DNA from: Cenococcum geophilum
Taxonomy: Eukaryota
Direction: 5' to 3'
Length of the DNA stretch: 64,000 nt
NCBI GenBank assembly: GCA_050273025.1
Contig: CP158635.1
Location: 22,010,001 to 22,074,000 of the forward strand
Shown one piece after another: positions 63,620-64,000 of the stretch (positions within the stretch are counted from its first letter, which is position 1; every line of letters starts with the position of its first letter). A program made the position numbers and the translations under genes. Below the pieces are notes generated by a model that saw only the letters and a list, made by a program, of their open reading frames with translations, was not told where the DNA came from and did no database searches.

Positions 63620-64000
63620 ATATGCAACCTTACTAAAAGGTAGCGCCACACTTTAAAACTTACCTATACCCATCTTCCTATCAAAAACAATTAATTTTCT
63701 AACTTTTAAGGCCTAATTCCTACTACCTAGCAAGCTAGAGGTGGATTTATTTCCCTCTTTACCCCCTTTTACCCAAGAGAAAATTCTCTTAAGAGGTAGC
63801 CCTAGCTTATAAGCAAGGTAGGGGTAGGAATACTAAAATACCAAAATATAGACTTTTCCTAGGTTTTTCTTTTATAGAAAGTAAAAGCCTAATAAAATAG
63901 GAGGTGTAGGTATTTTTCTATATCTCCTTTAGTCAGATTTTCCTTAGTAAGAGAAGGATTGCCTTTTTAGGCTTTTCTACTAGTAAAAGCCTAATAAGTC
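63620..64000 (+). mobile_element. 5' end of a second LINE2 copy (continues beyond the window)
   Basis: Near-identical reverse complement of ~56300-56680. Confidence 0.9.

Noticed and set aside
56300..64000. Large inverted repeat (56300-56680 vs 63620-64000) as TIRs of a giant DNA transposon
   Set aside because: Both arms are 5' ends of LINE2 copies, and the left copy has its own 13-bp TSD.
1..64000. Starship/tyrosine recombinase, Helitron, telomeric repeats, rRNA or tRNA genes
   Set aside because: No supporting motifs were seen by eye. Heavily RIPed remnants could have been missed.

Overview
This window is a gene-free, very AT-rich block of nested fungal (filamentous ascomycete) transposable elements, heavily degraded by RIP-type C>T/G>A mutation. 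No intact host gene, RNA gene or CRISPR array is visible. It contains five Ty3/Gypsy LTR families (labelled A-E here, four with visible chromodomains), including one full-length element nested inside another of its own family. It also holds a full-length GalEa-like Ty1/Copia element, two Tad1-like LINE families with clear target-site duplications (TSDs), solo LTRs, and two related TA-flanked non-autonomous TIR elements that carry the same ordered set of minisatellites. The 429-aa 'HKAL' ORF comes from one of these arrays. The most notable signals are: (i) a RIP-eroded, spliced antisense gene with Zn2Cys6-like cysteine spacing and a coiled coil in the 3' region of Gypsy family A; (ii) the satellite-carrying TIR family; (iii) a long, possibly coding 3' extension of Gypsy family B hit by a LINE and a TIR element in both copies; (iv) a self-priming primer-binding site (PBS) and a -1 frameshift signal in family C. 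All protein motifs were read by eye after reverting RIP changes, and no database search was run.
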